This document shows positions 58,950 to 64,000 of a stretch of DNA of 64,000 nt, in pieces; positions within the stretch are counted from its first letter, which is position 1, and every line of letters starts with the position of its first letter. This DNA is from Phycisphaerae bacterium. GTDB lineage: Bacteria > Planctomycetota > Phycisphaerae > UBA1845 > Fen-1342. The DNA lies in NCBI GenBank assembly GCA_963675745.2, contig CAXXWX010000005.1:1-64000 (forward strand), given 5' to 3'. Below the pieces are notes generated by a model. It was not told the origin of the DNA, did no database searches, and saw nothing but the letters and a program-made list of their open reading frames with translations. The position numbers were made by a program, and so were the translations under genes.

Positions 58950-59559
58950 TCGCGTATCGCGCCAGATCGACGCGGTCGCGCAGCCCCAGCTTGCGTAAGA
59001 GGCTCGTGCGGTAAGAATCAGCCGTTTTGTAGGCGATGGCCATCTTTGCCGCCGCGTCGCGCAGTGTCATCCCCATCGCCAGCAGCGGGAGCAGCTCGGC
59101 TTCGCGCCGCGACAACGCCGGTTTGCCGTTATTGCCGCGTCCCCCGAACAGAATCCTCGCCACCGAATCGCTGAAGTGACGTCTGCCGGCGAGCAGCGTA
59201 TCGACTGCGATCGCCAACTCGCTCACGTTGGCCTGCTTTGTTACGAAGCCGTCCAGCGAACACCCGCGCCACGGCAGCAGCGAGGCTTCGTCCGTCGCCC
59301 CGGACAGAACCAGAATGCGCGCGCGCGGCTGAAGTCGTGGAACCATCTGAACCGCGTCCGACACTTCCGGGGTCGGATGATCGCAGTCGATGACAACCAG
59401 ATCGGGCTTTTCGCGCAACGCCGTCCACACCGCGGTGGCTTCGAACCCCGTGTCCTTCGCAATCGGACAAGCCAGGTCGTGTTCGAACAGGCGGCGCATG
59501 GACTGCCGCACAAGCGTGTACGGCGCCATCAGGTAAACCAGCGCGTCTGAGCGATGCAT
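58924..59559 (-). CDS. LuxR/NarL-family response regulator with an atypical receiver domain
   Basis: LSRREAELL..KTADSYRTSLLRKL HTH; receiver lacks the N-terminal acidic pair. Confidence 0.85.
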   Translation of the reverse strand: MHRSDALVYLMAPYTLVRQSMRRLFEHDLACPIAKDTGFEATAVWTALREKPDLVVIDCDHPTPEVSDAVQMVPRLQPRARILVLSGATDEASLLPWRGCSLDGFVTKQANVSELAIAVDTLLAGRRHFSDSVARILFGGRGNNGKPALSRREAELLPLLAMGMTLRDAAAKMAIAYKTADSYRTSLLRKLGLRDRVDLARYAIREKIVSP

Positions 59560-59729
59560 GACCAGTGACTTGCCGGGCCGCCGCACGTCGCAGCGCGTGT
59601 CGGCGGGTTGGGTTGCACTACGTTGACCCAGGCGAACACCCCACACCCGTCGGGCGAACGCCCCAACCGCATTGCCCTAGCCTAACCGCTAACGGCTCAG
59701 GTGAATGCCTGTATTATCAGAACTTTTGC

Positions 59730-60665
59730 CTAACTTCTGGACCCGCCTGGAACTGCGATCCCCATGAACCTCATAACCTGCTGCAAGTCTTCCCACGTCT
59801 TGCCCTTCTCACCCGGACTGCGCAGCAGATACGCCGGATGAAACGTCGGCATCAGTTTGACGCTCGGAAGCCCGAAGCTCGCCAGCTCGGGCGGCGGAAA
59901 TTCGTGGAACGAACCCCGCAGTCGCCCTATCGGCGTGCGCGTCAGCAGCAGAGCCTGCGACGACGGACGTCCCAACGTCACAATCACCTTTGGTCGCAAC
60001 ACCGCCAATTGCCGGAACAGATACGGCGCGCACGTGGCCATTTCCTCGTCGGTCGGCGTGCGATTTCCCGGCGGACGGCACTTCACGATGTTGCTTATGT
60101 AGACCTGCTCGCGCGTCAGCGTCATCGCCGCCAGCATCCGCGTCAGCAGTTGGCCCGCCCGCCCCACAAACGGCACGCCCTGACGATCCTCTTCGGCCCC
60201 AGGCCCTTCACCGACGAACACCAGCTCCGGCCTCGGGTTACCAGCGCCAAATACCGTCCGCGTACGGCCCTGGCACAGCCCGCAGCGCGTGCAGGTCTCC
60301 ACGTGTTCCCGGTTGAGCTGATCCAAAGCCGCCTGGGCTTCATCCGGCGACAGCTCCCGCTCGTTCGCCTCCGGGAGCTCTTTCGGCATCTTGATATTGC
60401 GGAGCGGAGCCTGTCCCGCCAGCGGCTGGAGAGGTTCACGCGGCGGGGCCGGCGCGCGATCATCCGACCACAACGAAGAAGATCGCGTCGGCGTGGCGGG
60501 CTCGGGTGATGCCGGGCTGAGCTCCACGTCGGGCATCTGTTGAGGGCCCCCCCTTCCGATTGACCGTTCGGGTGAGACCGCCACGTGGCGAATGCCGAGC
60601 CGCCGCTCGCCGCGCAGCCACTCCCGCAAACTGCCAGTAATCTGATCGCCTTTCCCAGCACTCAC
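59730..60665 (-). CDS. Family-4 uracil-DNA glycosylase
   Basis: CTRCGLC, FVGEGPG, NIVKCRPP.NR.P, TFHPAYLLR. Confidence 0.95.
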   Translation of the reverse strand: MSAGKGDQITGSLREWLRGERRLGIRHVAVSPERSIGRGGPQQMPDVELSPASPEPATPTRSSSLWSDDRAPAPPREPLQPLAGQAPLRNIKMPKELPEANERELSPDEAQAALDQLNREHVETCTRCGLCQGRTRTVFGAGNPRPELVFVGEGPGAEEDRQGVPFVGRAGQLLTRMLAAMTLTREQVYISNIVKCRPPGNRTPTDEEMATCAPYLFRQLAVLRPKVIVTLGRPSSQALLLTRTPIGRLRGSFHEFPPPELASFGLPSVKLMPTFHPAYLLRSPGEKGKTWEDLQQVMRFMGIAVPGGSRS

Positions 60666-61052
60666 GCCAACAGGATATAGACGCGCCGCGCAACGTACAA
60701 GGTCAGGGCGAGCCAGCGCCGCAGCCCGGAGTAGCGGCCCGCGGGCTCACGCACTGACGGTGATCACGAAAACACCCGCCGACAACTCGTGAATTCCATG
60801 ATGATACGATTCACTAATATGGCAACGGCGCGGCGGGCTCTGGCGTAACCGCATCAACTACAACCGGTTACGTCCCAGTGGCCGGGGAGCCGTGACCGTT
60901 TGAGGTTCTGTCTGCGGCCGGTCGGTTTTTGGTTGATAACGCCCCCGCGTTCCAGTAACATTGGGGTGGATGAGGAGAAAGGCTGTCCCCAGCCTTAGTT
61001 TGTGCAACGTACTAATAGCATGTCTATTCTGACCATGCAGGAGGAGGATGGT

Positions 61053-61739
61053 ATGAAACTCAAGTTCAGCATTGCGGTAATCGCCGCGCTGGGCATGTTT
61101 GCGAGTGGTGCGGGGGCCGACACGATCGGCTACTGCGACTCAGTGGTGTTCACCAGCGATACTCAAGCCGATCAGAGCATTGTCTTGCCGGCGTTTGATA
61201 CAGCCGGTGGCACGCTGACGTTGACGGGTGTTTCTGTCTCGGTGACCCACGACGGATCATGCGACATTCGCGGCGACAACGATGACCCGTTCAAGACGGC
61301 GGACGTTCAAGCGCGGATTATTCGTCAGGCTATGGTCATTGGACCGGGCGTCTCCGCGTTTGCCTCCAAGACGATTACGAGCGATGTGGAGCATCTGCTG
61401 GCGGACGACGGTGACCTCACGGTCTTCGACCCCACCCCGCCGGACGGCCATGATTTCGGCTTGCTTACCTATGTTGATGAACCTGCGTTTGGCTCACCGT
61501 TCAGCCCCTCGCCGGCGCTGTATGCCGACGTGGGCACCGTCACGTTTACGGTTGGAAACGGGCAGCTACTGATGGTGAACGACCAGCAGTTCATCGGTAC
61601 GGCGCCGGATTCCTGGCAGTTGGAAGTTGAGAATCCGCTCTTCGAGATCGAGGTCTGCGTAGAGTACACGTACATCCCAGAGCCGGCGTCGTTGTCGCTG
61701 TTGTCGCTGGCCGGCCTTGCACTCCTGCGCCGCCGCTAG
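61053..61739 (+). CDS. PEP-CTERM protein (choice-of-anchor E-like)
   Basis: GGAGGAGG RBS, signal peptide, LPAFD..LTGV, YTYIPEPASLSLL..LLRRR. Confidence 0.88.
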   Translation: MKLKFSIAVIAALGMFASGAGADTIGYCDSVVFTSDTQADQSIVLPAFDTAGGTLTLTGVSVSVTHDGSCDIRGDNDDPFKTADVQARIIRQAMVIGPGVSAFASKTITSDVEHLLADDGDLTVFDPTPPDGHDFGLLTYVDEPAFGSPFSPSPALYADVGTVTFTVGNGQLLMVNDQQFIGTAPDSWQLEVENPLFEIEVCVEYTYIPEPASLSLLSLAGLALLRRR

Positions 61740-61779
61740 CCGGGTCGGTGTCAGGGGGAGTTGAAGATTCGGGAAACAG

Positions 61780-61810
61780 CGGGGTCGCGTGGTAGCGCGA
61801 CCCCGTTTTT
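61780..61810 (+). terminator. Rho-independent terminator
   Basis: CGGGGTCGCG-TGGTAG-CGCGACCCCG-TTTTT. Confidence 0.85.
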
Positions 61811-61900
61811 GTTGCTGCTGCCGGAACTCAATCAGCACGAATCCTGCCCGCGTGTTTCGTGGGCGTGTTACCCGATAGTCGGGAAGAGAGATTCTTGTCT

Positions 61901-63688
61901 ATGTGTGCGCTGCATTCTCCCCCAAAGGCGGCCATTGCGGCGACGCTCCTGTTGCTGCTGGCCGGGGCGCCGGTGATTGCCCAGACGGCCATATACGTCG
62001 ACGCGGAGAACCCGCCGGGTGACGGAACAACTTGGCAGCAAGCCCACAACGACCTGCAAGTCGCCCTGTCATATGCACCGGCCGGAACGATCATCCGTGT
62101 TGCGGCGGGCACCTACTACCCCGACGGCCTGAGTGGAGATCGCACCGCCACCTTCAACCTCCCGCTCGACGTGACGATTATGGGGGGCTACGCTGGCTAC
62201 GGCGAGACCGACCCGAATGCGCGCAACCCGGAGATATATCGCACAACCCTGAGTGGCGATATCGGGGTTGCCGGCGACGCTGCCGACAACTCGTATCACG
62301 TTGTCACGATTCGCAACACGGGCAGCTCGACGCAGCTAGACGGCGTATCAATCACGGGGGGTAACGCCAGCGGTAGTTCCCCTCACAACATTGGTGCGGC
62401 CCTCTATGTCGACAATGCGCAGCCCAGCCTGCACGATTGCATCCTCAAACAGAACCAGGCCGAATCGGGCGCAGCCGTCTTCGCGGTAAACTGGAGCTCG
62501 CCGACCTTCGTTGACTGCGTCTTCGCCGAAAACACCTGCCAAGGCAACGGCGGCGCATTCTTCGGCATCACCGGTGCGCCATGGTTCTCCAACTGCACGT
62601 TTCAGGACAACTACGCGCTGGTTAAAGGTGGCGCCATTTGCACTATCATCTGTGACATTCAACTCGATGGATGCACGTTCGGAGACAACTACACCGAGAC
62701 CCGCGGCGGCGCGATCTGTCTGGCCGGGGGAACTCCAGCACTGACCGAATGCACATTCATCGACAACTCCGTGTTAAACCAGGGCTTCACCACCGACAGC
62801 AGCGGCGGTGCGATCGTGGTCGAATCGGGCAATCCGCAAATCGTCGAATGCGTGCTCTATGATAACCTGACGATTGATAATGGCGGCGCGCTGGCAATAC
62901 TGGATGGCGATGCACAAATCGTCAACTGCGCATTCATAGACAACCTGGCAACTGGAAGCGGCGGTGGCGTGTACAGCGAAACCGGGACGGCTGTGCTCAC
63001 AAGCTGTGAGTTCATCAGCAACACTGCCTTTATCAGCGGTGGCGGCCTGGCCAACAAATACGCCACCGTTGCGGCAAATGGCGTTACGTTTCAAGGAAAC
63101 GTGTCACACGGGATGGCCGGCGGCATCTATGTCGAGAATGGATCCGCCTCACTCGTAAGTTGCGTCCTCTGGGAGAACCGCGGCGATGGCGGCAACGATG
63201 AGCCCGGCCAGATCACCCGCGTCGGCGGAAGTCTGTTCGTTGACTTCTCATGTATTCAGGGACTGACCGGCGCCCTCGGCGGTCAAGGCAACATCGGCGT
63301 GGACCCGCTGTTTGTGGACCCCGATGGGGCCGACAACATCGCCGGGACGCTCGACGATGACCTGCGCCTGCAAGTCTCGTCCCCCTGTATCGACGGTGGC
63401 GATCCAGCATATGTGCCAGCGCAGGATGAGACCGACCGGGGCGGCGACGCGCGCGTGATCTGCGACGTGATTGATGCCGGCGCGTACGAATTCCCCCGAG
63501 TCATCGCCGACCTTGACTGCGATCGAGATATCGATCACGACGACCTGCAACTCTGGTTGGGCTGCGCGGCAGGACCTGGAATGATCGTTCCAGGCGATTG
63601 TGATGATGGTGATCTCGACGCCGACACCTTCATTGACATGACTGATTTTGCTGAACTCCAGGCGCGAGCCACCGGCTCTGGCGTCTAG
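61901..63688 (+). CDS. Secreted right-handed beta-helix (GGA/FxxN repeat) protein with a dockerin-like tail
   Basis: IYVDA..GDGTTW, repeated F..N....GGA, ADLDCDRDID..D. Confidence 0.85.
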   Translation: MCALHSPPKAAIAATLLLLLAGAPVIAQTAIYVDAENPPGDGTTWQQAHNDLQVALSYAPAGTIIRVAAGTYYPDGLSGDRTATFNLPLDVTIMGGYAGYGETDPNARNPEIYRTTLSGDIGVAGDAADNSYHVVTIRNTGSSTQLDGVSITGGNASGSSPHNIGAALYVDNAQPSLHDCILKQNQAESGAAVFAVNWSSPTFVDCVFAENTCQGNGGAFFGITGAPWFSNCTFQDNYALVKGGAICTIICDIQLDGCTFGDNYTETRGGAICLAGGTPALTECTFIDNSVLNQGFTTDSSGGAIVVESGNPQIVECVLYDNLTIDNGGALAILDGDAQIVNCAFIDNLATGSGGGVYSETGTAVLTSCEFISNTAFISGGGLANKYATVAANGVTFQGNVSHGMAGGIYVENGSASLVSCVLWENRGDGGNDEPGQITRVGGSLFVDFSCIQGLTGALGGQGNIGVDPLFVDPDGADNIAGTLDDDLRLQVSSPCIDGGDPAYVPAQDETDRGGDARVICDVIDAGAYEFPRVIADLDCDRDIDHDDLQLWLGCAAGPGMIVPGDCDDGDLDADTFIDMTDFAELQARATGSGV

Positions 63689-63733
63689 CCCGGGACCTCC
63701 CGCGCCGCCCACCGCAGTGATGCCAGCTACCGC

Positions 63734-64000
63734 TTATCTCCCCGCCGCCTGTGCCAGCAGTCGTCGGATGCGCTCTTCAGTCTTGGGGTGCGTGCTGAAC
63801 AGCGTCGCGCCGATGTCCCGGGCCGACAACGGTTCCATGATAAACATCTGGTTGAACGCCGGGTTCGCGCCCATCGGAATACGCTCGTTGCCCGCCTGAA
63901 GACGCCGCAGCGCGTTGGCTAGCTTGCGCGGATCGCCGCACAGTTCGCCGCCGTAGCTGTCCGCGGCGTACTCCCGCTGCCGCGAGATGGCCATTTGAAT
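63734..64000 (-). CDS. htpX: HtpX-family (M48) zinc protease, C-terminal part; runs off the window edge
   Basis: MAISRQREYAAD, LA.AL..L, LFSTHP.TEERI. Confidence 0.9.
   Translation of the reverse strand: MQMAISRQREYAADSYGGELCGDPRKLANALRRLQAGNERIPMGANPAFNQMFIMEPLSARDIGATLFSTHPKTEERIRRLLAQAAGR

Noticed and set aside
60666..61052. ncRNA or riboswitch in long intergenic gaps (also 30287-30858 and 52068-52512)
   Set aside because: No tRNA, rRNA or riboswitch consensus recognisable by eye; a covariance-model search would be needed

Overview
GC-rich bacterial DNA, most consistent with a Phycisphaerae-like planctomycete (inferred from PEP-CTERM proteins, DPND motifs, CxxCGYxLxG..CxECG zinc-ribbon membrane proteins and a TPR Ser/Thr kinase). 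The window has two parts. Positions ~1-9.8 kb are a minus-strand archive of truncated, near-identical Rhs gene segments. Three of them carry unrelated, very Cys-rich C-terminal tips: a PLA2-like domain, a degenerate zincin-like domain and an unknown domain. Each tip is followed by a membrane protein with a zinc ribbon, the candidate cognate immunity/partner. No full-length Rhs gene lies upstream of the first cassette. The junctions carry mobile-DNA scars: a REPIN-like nested hairpin, a 99-bp MITE, a REP-bounded RAYT/Y1-transposase remnant, an in-frame palindromic insertion and a microhomology chimera. Positions ~10-64 kb are mostly core and accessory genes: alaS, tldD/tldE, transporters, acetyl-CoA hydrolase-GNAT, a radical SAM-methyltransferase fusion, surE, rpmA, a four-gene uncharacterised membrane cluster, purD, a frameshifted kinase-TPR, ArnT/PAP2, UDG, PEP-CTERM proteins and a partial htpX, with several dispersed REP-like palindrome families. 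All calls come from reading the sequence and motifs; no database searches were run.
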